Source: Bacteroides sp.
GTDB taxonomy: Bacteria; Bacteroidota; Bacteroidia; Bacteroidales; Muribaculaceae
Direction of reading: 5' to 3'
Assembly (NCBI GenBank): GCA_014801535.1
Contig: JAAVEA010000006.1
Span: forward strand, 51,433 to 115,432
Length of the DNA: 64,000 nucleotides
The notes beneath the pieces were generated by a model, which worked only from the letters and a program-made list of their open reading frames with translations, searched no databases and was not told the DNA's origin. Within the stretch, counting starts at the first letter, position 1; the number at the start of each line of letters is the position of its first letter. This document shows, piece after piece, positions 31,924-41,267 of the stretch. A program made the translations under genes and the position numbers.

Positions 31924-31971
31924 TCATATCAAACGCTATATTTGCATATGCAAATATAGCGTTTGATATGA
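31924..31971. repeat. Perfect 48-bp palindrome containing the promoter motif and start codon of the 5'-nucleotidase
   Basis: TCATATCAAACGCTATATTTGCAT followed directly by ATGCAAATATAGCGTTTGATATGA. Confidence 0.9.
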
Positions 31972-33536
31972 AAAATAGATTTATAAAAACATTAATTATA
32001 TCTTTATCGGCATTATCGGCAGGTTTCTTGTATGGCGATAATCTTGTGATTCTTCATACCAATGACACTCATTCCAATATTGACGTGGCTCCCGACGGAA
32101 CCGGAGGGATTCTTCCGCGAAAAGCGATAATCGATTCTGTAAGGAATGCTGAGAAAAATGTTATACTTGTCGATGCCGGCGACATGGTGCAGGGCACACT
32201 CTATTTCAATTATTTCAAGGGCGATGTGGAATATCCTATCTTTAACATGATGGATTATGACATACGTATTCTTGGAAACCATGAGTTTGACAATGGACTG
32301 GCGGAGCTTGCCCGACACTGGAAAAATGTTAAGGGTTCGCGCCTTTCAGCTAATTACGATTTTTCCAACACTCCTGCTAAAGGGATCTTCGAGCCGTATG
32401 TAATAAAGAAAATAGGAAAGAAAAAAGTAGGATTCATAGGAATCAACATTGATCCGCAAAGTCTGATCTCAACCGAGAATTATAACGGTATGAGGTATTA
32501 CAACGCAGTGGAGACAGCTAATAAATGGGCCTCATTCCTGAAAAATGACAAGAAATGTGATCTTGTAGTGGCTGTGACACACATCGGCTACACTTCTGAC
32601 GTTGATAAGAAAACTGATGTGGATCTGGCTCGTGAAAGCAAGGATATTGATATCATCATCGGTGGTCATTCCCATACATTCGTAGATCCATCCACGCCTG
32701 AGAAGACTCCCTACTGGATAGAGAATGCAGCAGGGAAGCCGGTTCTTGTGGCTCAGACCGGTAGATATGGGAAAAATATAGGTTATATCAATGTTGATCT
32801 TGATAAGATCGGAGAAAGAAAATTTGATTACCGATATATACCGGTTACCGATCGTTTCTCTCAGGATAAATATGATTCGAAGATTATATCATTTCTTGCC
32901 CCTTATAAACATAAAGTTGATTCTGTCAATAATCATCAGATAGGTGTCTCCACCATAGATATGGAGAATAATTCGCGTACGGGAGCCTATCCCAATTGGG
33001 GAGGCGATTTTGCGTTGTGGTATGGCCGTCATATAGCCGATTCATTGCGTATTTCCAATCCCTCCTTCCCGGAGGTGGATTTTGCAATGGTCAATGTGGG
33101 AGGTATCCGTCAGCCTATGAAGGCCGGTGCCATAACCGAAGGACAGATCCTATCCACTTTCCCATTCTCAAATTTTATCCGCATAGTAAAGATAAAGGGA
33201 TCAGATTTCATTGAGGCGATGAAGGTTGCTGCTTCAAAGGGAGGAGAAGCTATAAGTGGAAATCTTAGGGTTGTGAAACAAAAGAATGGAGAGATCAGTG
33301 TATTGCTCGATAACGCTCCACTTAACCCTGAAAAAGAATATATACTTGCAACCATCGATTATATTGCAAACGGAAACGACGGATTAACTTCTTTAGCCAA
33401 CAATACAATGCTTTGGAGCGATCCGATGATAATGAATGTGCGTATATTGGAATATATCAATATGCTTACCTCTTTGGGTTTGCCTGTCTCCGCTGACCCT
33501 ACGGCCCGATTCATCGAGGCTGTTGAATTGCCATAG
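31968..33536 (+). CDS. Bifunctional metallophosphatase/5'-nucleotidase (UshA-like), exported
   Basis: LHTNDTH, DAGD, GNHEFD, GGHSH, NVGGIR; signal peptide from the ATG at 31968. Confidence 0.88.
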   Translation: MKNRFIKTLIISLSALSAGFLYGDNLVILHTNDTHSNIDVAPDGTGGILPRKAIIDSVRNAEKNVILVDAGDMVQGTLYFNYFKGDVEYPIFNMMDYDIRILGNHEFDNGLAELARHWKNVKGSRLSANYDFSNTPAKGIFEPYVIKKIGKKKVGFIGINIDPQSLISTENYNGMRYYNAVETANKWASFLKNDKKCDLVVAVTHIGYTSDVDKKTDVDLARESKDIDIIIGGHSHTFVDPSTPEKTPYWIENAAGKPVLVAQTGRYGKNIGYINVDLDKIGERKFDYRYIPVTDRFSQDKYDSKIISFLAPYKHKVDSVNNHQIGVSTIDMENNSRTGAYPNWGGDFALWYGRHIADSLRISNPSFPEVDFAMVNVGGIRQPMKAGAITEGQILSTFPFSNFIRIVKIKGSDFIEAMKVAASKGGEAISGNLRVVKQKNGEISVLLDNAPLNPEKEYILATIDYIANGNDGLTSLANNTMLWSDPMIMNVRILEYINMLTSLGLPVSADPTARFIEAVELP

Positions 33537-33539
33537 CAT

Positions 33540-34700
33540 ATGACGATGCGGGGTCTCATATCGGGTTTGTTATGCCTGTGGATTGCAGGTTGCGTGGGAT
33601 GCGGTCGCGTGTCTGATAAAAAAGGTATGTCCGGTAAGGACGTCTTGTTAGAGATGCATGACAGCGTGGGGCGTGTTTCCGATTTGAGCCGTCGAGCCTC
33701 CGAAATGGCCGATTCTATTCTTCACGGTATGACACTCGAGGCCAAGGCTGCCCAGCTTATGCTTCCGGCCCTTTTTTCGTCAGATGATATATATACTCTC
33801 AAAGCGGTGGGTGAGTATGGACGAAAGGGGGTTGGAGGAGTCGTGTTGCTTAAAGGGACATCCGGTTCTGCCTCCGTTATAGCCGACTCCCTAACACGTA
33901 GCTCCTTGATCTCTCCCTTTGTCTCAATAGATGCAGAATGGGGATTGGGGATGCGCTTGAGCGATGAGCCAAGCTATCCTTTCAATTCCGAAATAGGGGA
34001 TGAGGCCTCCGAAAAGGATATGTTCGACTACGGGGCAACGGTAGGGAGGCAATGTCGCGAGTTAGGTATCAACATGGTTCTTGGGCCGGTTGTTGACGTT
34101 GCTTCAAAAGGGAGCTTTATGGGAAGACGCTCATACGGTTCAGATCCGGTGAGAGTATCGGATCTTGCGGTGGCTTATTCGCGCGGACTTGAAAGTATGG
34201 GTGTGATGAGTGTGGCCAAGCATTTTCCCGGTCATGGTTCGGCGAAAGGGGATAGTCATAAAGGGAAACCGGTGATAGAGAGATCGCTTCATCAGATGGA
34301 TTCGGTAGATCTTTATCCCTTCCGAAAATATATCGAGGCAGGCTTATCAGCCGTTATGGTGGGTCATCTTGCGGTGCCTGCGATAGATCCGGATATGCAG
34401 CCTGCGGCAGTTTCGCGGACGGTGATTTCTGATCTTTTGATAAAGGAACTCGGTTTCAAAGGATTGATACTTACGGACGCTCTCACCATGGGAGGCGCCG
34501 AAGGAGCGGGAGCCGATAAGGCTTTAGCGGCCGGAGCTGATATTATTCTCGCCCCTGTAAACACCGATGAGGAGATAGGGAGAATAGTGAGCGCGGTCAA
34601 CAGAGGAGAGATTTCAATTGACAGACTAAACGTGAGCGTAAGGAAAATTCTATTCTATAAATCATTGATGGCGTTAAGAAACATTTCTGATAAAAGATAG
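33540..34700 (+). CDS. Glycoside hydrolase family 3 (NagZ-like beta-N-acetylhexosaminidase), probable lipoprotein
   Basis: IDAEWG, RSYG, KHFPGHG, LTDALTM; IAGC lipobox-like motif. Confidence 0.8.
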   Translation: MTMRGLISGLLCLWIAGCVGCGRVSDKKGMSGKDVLLEMHDSVGRVSDLSRRASEMADSILHGMTLEAKAAQLMLPALFSSDDIYTLKAVGEYGRKGVGGVVLLKGTSGSASVIADSLTRSSLISPFVSIDAEWGLGMRLSDEPSYPFNSEIGDEASEKDMFDYGATVGRQCRELGINMVLGPVVDVASKGSFMGRRSYGSDPVRVSDLAVAYSRGLESMGVMSVAKHFPGHGSAKGDSHKGKPVIERSLHQMDSVDLYPFRKYIEAGLSAVMVGHLAVPAIDPDMQPAAVSRTVISDLLIKELGFKGLILTDALTMGGAEGAGADKALAAGADIILAPVNTDEEIGRIVSAVNRGEISIDRLNVSVRKILFYKSLMALRNISDKR

Positions 34701-34776
34701 ATAAAACATAATTAAAAAGAAATACCCCGGCCGAAAGGTCGGGGTAATATCTTTAGGAGTCGAAAGTAATCGGTGA

Positions 34777-34932
34777 TTACTTGCTTGCCAGATGGTCGGA
34801 TACAGTAAGCGATGCGCGACCTCTGGCGCGACGGCGAGAGAGAACTTTGCGACCGTTTTTAGTGGCCATTCTCTCGCGGAAGCCGTGCTTGTTGACTCTT
34901 CTGCGGTTGGAGGGTTGAAAAGTTCTTTTCAT
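34777..34932 (-). CDS. rpmH: 50S ribosomal protein L34 (not in the ORF track)
   Basis: Manual translation: [51 protein letters not shown]. Confidence 0.97.
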   Translation of the reverse strand: MKRTFQPSNRRRVNKHGFRERMATKNGRKVLSRRRARGRASLTVSDHLASK

Positions 34933-35141
34933 CTTTTTCTATTGTTTAATTGAATACAACAATGCCGCGGTTATGGCTATAGGTCGGCATTCGGACTGCA
35001 AAATTAATCATTCATTTTTGATTTGCCAAATTTTCACGGTCTAAATTTTTTTATTAATTTTGCATCGGTAAAGAAAATTCTCTTTTTTGCTCCATTCGGG
35101 GCATTATATTGAAGAAAATTTGTAAAAAACATTATAACGTT

Positions 35142-35708
35142 ATGATGAACGCTCAAGACATTAAGAACGGCACTTGCATCCGCCTCGACGGCCGTCTTTA
35201 TTTCTGCGTGGAGTTTCTCCATGTGAAACCCGGAAAGGGTAATACTTTTATGCGTACCAAGCTTAAAGATGTTGTTGACGGTCGAGTTATCGAACGCCGC
35301 TTCAATATCGGTGAAAAGCTTGAGGATGTGCGTGTGGAACGTCGTCCTTATCAGTATCTCTATTCTGATGGTGATGATGATATCTTCATGAATAATGAGA
35401 CTTTCGAGCAGATTCCTATACTCAAAGAGGTTGTTACAGGTGCTCCTTTCATGAAAGAGGGGGACACAGTGGAGGTTGTTTCAGACTCTTCTACTAATAC
35501 TGTGCTTTATGCCGAGATGCCTGTAAAGACTGTGCTCAAGGTTACATATACCGAGCCGGGTCTTAAAGGGGATACTGCCACCAATACCCTCAAGCCCGCA
35601 ACAGTTGAGACCGGCGCGACAGTTAAAGTGCCTCTTTTCATCAATGAAGGTGAGCTTATCGAGGTTGATACCCGCGACGGCAGCTATGTTGGTCGTGTGA
35701 AGGCCTGA
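35142..35708 (+). CDS. efp: Elongation factor P
   Basis: [22 protein letters not shown]...VDTRDGSY; ATG at 35142. Confidence 0.97.
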   Translation: MMNAQDIKNGTCIRLDGRLYFCVEFLHVKPGKGNTFMRTKLKDVVDGRVIERRFNIGEKLEDVRVERRPYQYLYSDGDDDIFMNNETFEQIPILKEVVTGAPFMKEGDTVEVVSDSSTNTVLYAEMPVKTVLKVTYTEPGLKGDTATNTLKPATVETGATVKVPLFINEGELIEVDTRDGSYVGRVKA

Positions 35709-35839
35709 TCCGGTGTTTCCGGTTTTATAAAAAGATTTTAAATGGAATGGTAAATGAAATGTCTGATTCGGCGTTCATTTATCATTCCATTTTGTTTCCC
35801 TTCTGTTAATATTTTCGTCAATACTTTAAGCTGACATAT

Positions 35840-36841
35840 ATGCTGTTTTCCATAATAGTTCCCGTATATAACCGGCCCGATGAGATTGCCGACCTCATCA
35901 AAAGTCTGAAAGCACAGACAGATATGGGTTTTGAATTAGTGCTCGTCGAGGATGGTTCTACAATAGATTCCCTTCCCGATGACTACGATGCCACCCCCGT
36001 AAGACTAAAATATTTTAAGAAAAGCAACGAAGGGAGAAGCATAGCGAGAAATTACGGTCTGGAACGAGCGGAGGGCGATTATTTTGTTTTCGTAGATTCC
36101 GACTGCATTCTTCCCTCCGACTATATTGAAAAACTCAGAAAGAGTCTTGAGGAAACACCCGCAGACTGTTTCGGTGGTCCGGATGCCGCTCACGACTCAT
36201 TTACCGACACGCAGAAAGCGATAAATTATGCCATGACCTCTTTCCTGACGACTGGCGGAATAAGGGGAGGGAAAGTTTCGATGGAGAAATTCACACCCCG
36301 CACATTCAATATGGGATTTTCACGCGAGGTGTATGAAAAGACAGGTGGATTCCGAGAAATGTTCAGTGAAGATATTGACATGAGCACCCGTATTCGTCTC
36401 AACGGCTTCCGCATCATGCTTTATCCTGAGGTAAGTGTGTTTCATAAACGAAGAGGGAACCTAAGGAAATTCTGGAAGCAGGTTCATGTGTTCGGACAAT
36501 CGAGGATAACTCTCGAACTTTTATATCCGGGTTCGATGAAGCTTGTGCATTGGTTGCCGGCAGTATTCACTATCGGTGCCGCAGCCTTGATAATAGGTTC
36601 GATCTTCCTGCCTTGGTTGCTTATTCCTCTGGCTATATATATATTGGCTTTGTGGATTGGAGGATTGATCGAGACGCATAGTCTGAAGGTAGCTTCTATG
36701 GGTGTGGCTGCTTCTATGGTGCAGCTTATAGGATATGGCACCGGTTTCATAAAGGCATACTTCATGCGTATAATTATGGGGCGTGGTCGTGATGCGGAAC
36801 GAGAAAAGGAGATTCGTAAAGGGAAGAATGAAGGACTTTAA
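35840..36841 (+). CDS. Glycosyltransferase family 2 with C-terminal TM helices
   Basis: SIIVPVYN, VEDGS, ARNYG, FVDSD, EDID. Confidence 0.88.
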   Translation: MLFSIIVPVYNRPDEIADLIKSLKAQTDMGFELVLVEDGSTIDSLPDDYDATPVRLKYFKKSNEGRSIARNYGLERAEGDYFVFVDSDCILPSDYIEKLRKSLEETPADCFGGPDAAHDSFTDTQKAINYAMTSFLTTGGIRGGKVSMEKFTPRTFNMGFSREVYEKTGGFREMFSEDIDMSTRIRLNGFRIMLYPEVSVFHKRRGNLRKFWKQVHVFGQSRITLELLYPGSMKLVHWLPAVFTIGAAALIIGSIFLPWLLIPLAIYILALWIGGLIETHSLKVASMGVAASMVQLIGYGTGFIKAYFMRIIMGRGRDAEREKEIRKGKNEGL

Positions 36842-36855
36842 AAAATTATGATGTC

Positions 36856-37560
36856 ATGAAGGATGAGCAACCCCCGCGTCCTCTTACCGTCAAGGATATG
36901 GATGTTGACGATCAGCCGAGGGAACGTGCGTTGAAATATGGTATTTCCACTCTTTCTACTCCTGACCTGTGGGCGTTAATATTGCGGACCGGTTTGCCAG
37001 GGAAACCGATAACCCAACTCTGTCGCGATCTGATGCGAGATAATGAACAGTCGCTGTTCAAGCTTGAAAGAAAAAGCCTTAAAGAGATCATGACAACAAA
37101 GGGGATAGGGCAAACCAAGGGACTTCAGATTCTTGCGGCTATGGAAATCACCCGACGGTATAATAGAGAGAAAGTTGGGGAAAAATATATAATAACATCA
37201 TCGCAGGCCATATATGATCTTATGAGAAGTGAAATCGGAAATCTTTCTCATGAGGAGATTTGGGCAATATATTTAGGTCGCCGTAACGATGTGATACTTA
37301 AAAAGCGCATATCCACCGGGAGTGCGACGGCTTCAATTTTCGATGTCAAATCCATTTTAAAGGAGGCTCTGCTGATTGATGCGCAGGGATTGGCATTGGT
37401 CCATAACCACCCTTCGGGTAATCTTGTTCCGAGTGGCCCGGACGATCAGATAACAAGAAAAATGAAAGAGGGGGCTCAGATAATGGATTTGAGAATGGTG
37501 GATCATCTGATCATATCAACCTCCGGTTTCTACTCCTATTATGATTCCGGCAGATTATAA
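36856..37560 (+). CDS. radC: RadC/UPF0758 JAB-domain protein
   Basis: QPRER, GIG..K HhH, HEE, HNHPSG...SGPD, VDH. Confidence 0.93.
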   Translation: MKDEQPPRPLTVKDMDVDDQPRERALKYGISTLSTPDLWALILRTGLPGKPITQLCRDLMRDNEQSLFKLERKSLKEIMTTKGIGQTKGLQILAAMEITRRYNREKVGEKYIITSSQAIYDLMRSEIGNLSHEEIWAIYLGRRNDVILKKRISTGSATASIFDVKSILKEALLIDAQGLALVHNHPSGNLVPSGPDDQITRKMKEGAQIMDLRMVDHLIISTSGFYSYYDSGRL

Positions 37561-37581
37561 TTATGATTCCGGCAGATTATA
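37538..37581 (+). repeat. 22-bp perfect tandem duplication of the radC 3' end
   Basis: ATTATGATTCCGGCAGATTATA at 37538-37559 and 37560-37581. Confidence 0.9.
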
Positions 37582-37698
37582 AAAAAATTACATTTCCTGT
37601 CACAAATAGAGGTTTCGACAGTTTCTGTTTATAGAGGATATTCTATTATTGTCACATGAGCCTCTTCTTATCAAGAGCCCACTAAATAAATTAATCCT

Positions 37699-39993
37699 AT
37701 GAAACGATCAGTCATTGTATTGCTTTTTCTATTGGCAGCCTTTATGTCTATACAGGCCAGAACTATTCAGGGGGTAGTGTTATCATCCGGTGATTCCACT
37801 GCAATTATTGGGGCATCATGCAGGTTATTAGACGGTGAGAAGCTGCTGACGGCTACTTTTACCAAAGAAAATGGAACTTTTATTCTGGAGACAGATGTAA
37901 AGAGTCCGTTGAAACTTGATGTATCGATGACCGGTTACGCTCCATCCAGAATCATAATAGAACAAGGTGGGCGCACTCTGGATGTAGGAAAAATATATCT
38001 TGATGAAGGGGAGATGCTTGAAGAAATCACGGTAACATCCAATCCTCTTATCTATTCAAAAGGGCGCACGATAATCTATCCCTCTGCTTTTGATGTGAAA
38101 TCATCTTCCACTGCAATCAGTCTCTTTCAGAAGATGCCTCTTCCCGGATTGGAGGCCAATCCGATCATGCGCTCGATTTCTGTCGATGGTGGCAGTCCGA
38201 TCATCCTCATAAATGGAGTTCCCTCTTCGATAGATGATGTGAATGCACTTCAGCCTAAAGATATCGAGAAGATAGAATATTCACGTTTCACACCTGCCCG
38301 TTATGCTGATCGGGGAGGAAAGGGATTCATCAACATAATACTGAAAAGACGCGACGACGGAGGACAGGTTTATCTATGGGGCCGCAGTGCAGTTACGACT
38401 GCTTTCGTCGATGCAAGCCTTCGCGCATCATATCATCAGGGACCTTCGCAGTTCACACTGACTTATACACCATCTTGGCGAAACTATCAGGATGTATATG
38501 ACAATACTACCGAGAGTTATATTGGAGACGATTTCAGGGTAGATTTAGAGTCGCGTGACAGGAATCCGTTTTATTATCATTCCCATAATGTACGCCTCAA
38601 GTATGATTACAGTCCGAGCTTAAAGACACTCTTCTCCGCTACTTTCAGCATATCCCCAATCTTCGACAAGAGACGTTCCATTGCTAACACTGTAGATTCG
38701 GAATTGGGAGATTATTCAAATGACAACACATCAAAGAGCGATGCACTTACTCCCTCGCTCGACCTATTCCTGCGCCATGATTTCAATGATGCCAATTCAT
38801 TGGAGGTGCAGGTGGTGGGTTCTTTGAGTTCAAGCGATTACCGGCGTGACAACAAGTATTTCTTTGCTGACGGTTCAGAAGATATATATTCCATGAATGT
38901 AGATAACCGTCGCCGTTCCCTTATCTCTGAGATAAGTTATATTCATAATTTTAACAATGGTCTACAGCTCTCCGCAGGTTATCAGAACACAGTCTCCCAT
39001 AGCACCAACACCTATCTCTCTTCCGGGTATAAGCCTGTATTGACGGAAAATAATAATTATATCTATGCCCGCTTGGGATATAACATAGGCAAGGTTTACC
39101 TTTCTCTCAGCACTGGAGGCAAACTTTTTTGGATTAAAAATGACACCAACAACCGAAACTTCATACGCAATATTTCCAAAGCCTACTTTATGTGGAGTGT
39201 ATCGCAAAATTGGAGCATAGAAGGAGCGTTTCAATACAGTCCCGGTATACCGTCACTCTCTTCACTCACCGATTATCCGCAACAGGTGAGCCCTTACCTT
39301 ATCTCGAATGGTAATCCGGATTTGAAAGTGTCAGATTACTATTTATTCCAGGTGTCACCATCCTATCAATATAAAAAATTCAGTGCGTCATTGATCATGA
39401 GCTATAGCACTATTGATAACTTTATGATGAGTGATGTGAGATACATAGGCGATCGCTTATTTCTTTCACAGAGCATAAATGCACGAAAAAATTGGAGCAG
39501 CTTTGCCTATCTTAATCTTAAAATAAGCGATATAGCAGGGTTTGGCGGCAATCTGAGTCTCCAGCTCAACCACTATGAGACAATGGGAGATGATTGGTGC
39601 CATCACCTCACATCTTTTGATGCTTCATTTACTTTATGGTGGAACAAGGGCCCCTTCACAATCTCATATTGGCGCAAGATACCGGGTAAGTATCTTTCAG
39701 GAAATAATGTGGGGAAGGATGAGAATGGCGACTCTTTGCAGTTGGAATATCGTCCGAATAAACATTGGACCATAGGAGCAAGCTGGATGTATATGTTCGA
39801 CAAGAAGGGTACCCGTTACCCGGCTTGGAATTATTCGGCGGTTAATCCTTCGACGCGTGAACGTTACATTGAGAACAATGCCAATATGATAGTGCTTTCA
39901 GTCAGCTATTCCGCTGATTTCGGTTCAATCTTCCGCACAGCACGCCGCAACCTGAACAACTCCGACAACGGTTCATCTCTTCTGAAAATGTAA
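37699..39993 (+). CDS. TonB-receptor-like outer-membrane beta-barrel protein with N-terminal carboxypeptidase-regulatory-like domain
   Basis: Signal peptide, IQGVV..AIIGA, LEEITV TonB-box-like motif, plug motifs IEKIE/PARYA/INIIL, GNPDL. Confidence 0.75.
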   Translation: MKRSVIVLLFLLAAFMSIQARTIQGVVLSSGDSTAIIGASCRLLDGEKLLTATFTKENGTFILETDVKSPLKLDVSMTGYAPSRIIIEQGGRTLDVGKIYLDEGEMLEEITVTSNPLIYSKGRTIIYPSAFDVKSSSTAISLFQKMPLPGLEANPIMRSISVDGGSPIILINGVPSSIDDVNALQPKDIEKIEYSRFTPARYADRGGKGFINIILKRRDDGGQVYLWGRSAVTTAFVDASLRASYHQGPSQFTLTYTPSWRNYQDVYDNTTESYIGDDFRVDLESRDRNPFYYHSHNVRLKYDYSPSLKTLFSATFSISPIFDKRRSIANTVDSELGDYSNDNTSKSDALTPSLDLFLRHDFNDANSLEVQVVGSLSSSDYRRDNKYFFADGSEDIYSMNVDNRRRSLISEISYIHNFNNGLQLSAGYQNTVSHSTNTYLSSGYKPVLTENNNYIYARLGYNIGKVYLSLSTGGKLFWIKNDTNNRNFIRNISKAYFMWSVSQNWSIEGAFQYSPGIPSLSSLTDYPQQVSPYLISNGNPDLKVSDYYLFQVSPSYQYKKFSASLIMSYSTIDNFMMSDVRYIGDRLFLSQSINARKNWSSFAYLNLKISDIAGFGGNLSLQLNHYETMGDDWCHHLTSFDASFTLWWNKGPFTISYWRKIPGKYLSGNNVGKDENGDSLQLEYRPNKHWTIGASWMYMFDKKGTRYPAWNYSAVNPSTRERYIENNANMIVLSVSYSADFGSIFRTARRNLNNSDNGSSLLKM

Positions 39994-40054
39994 TTGATTT
40001 AATATTTCCTTCCCTCTAACGTCACAATTTATCGAGTTGTGACGTATTATTTAT

Positions 40055-41176
40055 ATGTATCGTTATCTTCTGATATTAACTGTATTTTTATTGGGCTCTC
40101 TATCAGGAGTCCGGATAAGTTGTTACGCTGCTGCCGGTGGGCGAAAAAGCACAACAGATCTTCCGGAGGTTACGGTGGAATCGAACAGGAATAAGATTGT
40201 GCATATATTGGCCTATGTGCGCGATTATTCCACAATGTCAACGTATACTGATACAGTTTCGCTTTTCAGGGAGAAGGTGGTGGATTATATGCTTGTTCCC
40301 AACGATAGAATAAAATTCAAGGGATGGACTATTCCACGCACACTGGTTTCAAAATCCTATTATAGGTTCACCAATTCCGAAGGACTCGACAGCGTGAGCG
40401 ATGAAAGTAGTTTTCATTTCTCATGGACGGACTGGGTAGGTATGCCTCCGTTGGAGAAATTGCCCGATCTCTTAGGAGTGAGAGAGTGTGGAACAGATAC
40501 TCTTCACGGTAAATATAGCCCTTACGAGATATGGAATAAAGAGAAGGATGCAGTCAGAATAGATGTGAATCTGATGGCTGATGCAAAGGGACGAAGATGG
40601 TGTCCTTCGATTAATGGATTCTTTCAGGACGGTGTGGATTTCTATGATTTCAAGCTACAGTTGAGATATGAGAATGTTTTGGGGAGCGACATATCACCCT
40701 TGGATATCACCGGTTATTCTTTCTCAGTGGAATCAAACGGTCGCGGCAGAGAGATGAAAAGGATAATGGGTGACAAAGAAAATTATTATTTCACAACTCA
40801 AGGAGAAGTATATGTCATAGATAGAGAATATATCTCGGTCAAAGATGCGAGAAAATGGGAGACCCATAATTTCGATGAAGATGCGGTTGAACTGTTCGAA
40901 CCCTCCGATGCTCCTCCGCTTGATCCGGTTATAATGAACCTGATCAGCAGGGTGGAGAAAATAGATAAAGAGGAAGTGAGAATAGCATTGCCTCCAGATG
41001 AGCGACTCGGCAGCGGGAAGCTGATAAATGATAATTTCAATATCGGTAAAAGAGCCTTGTTCTTATTTAAGGATCTTACAGGCATATCGCGATATAAGTT
41101 TCGTAAAAATCAGAAAAACAAGTGGAGGGAATTTAAGGAAAGAGTAAAGAGGATGAAGGAGAACAGGGAAAGATAA
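40055..41176 (+). CDS. Hypothetical exported protein
   Basis: 373-aa ORF with signal-like N-terminus and LPEVTV motif; no family recognised. Confidence 0.65.
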   Translation: MYRYLLILTVFLLGSLSGVRISCYAAAGGRKSTTDLPEVTVESNRNKIVHILAYVRDYSTMSTYTDTVSLFREKVVDYMLVPNDRIKFKGWTIPRTLVSKSYYRFTNSEGLDSVSDESSFHFSWTDWVGMPPLEKLPDLLGVRECGTDTLHGKYSPYEIWNKEKDAVRIDVNLMADAKGRRWCPSINGFFQDGVDFYDFKLQLRYENVLGSDISPLDITGYSFSVESNGRGREMKRIMGDKENYYFTTQGEVYVIDREYISVKDARKWETHNFDEDAVELFEPSDAPPLDPVIMNLISRVEKIDKEEVRIALPPDERLGSGKLINDNFNIGKRALFLFKDLTGISRYKFRKNQKNKWREFKERVKRMKENRER

Positions 41177-41178
41177 AA

Positions 41179-41217
41179 ATTACGGTGTGTCAGATTTTGA
41201 ATTAGACACACCGTAAT
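41179..41217. terminator. Hairpin between convergent genes (GGTGTGTC/GACACACC family)
   Basis: ATTACGGTGTGTC...GACACACCGTAAT. Confidence 0.7.
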
Positions 41218-41267
41218 ATTATTATCCGTTTATTGGGGGGTAGAAATGGCTCGGATATTTGTATCGC

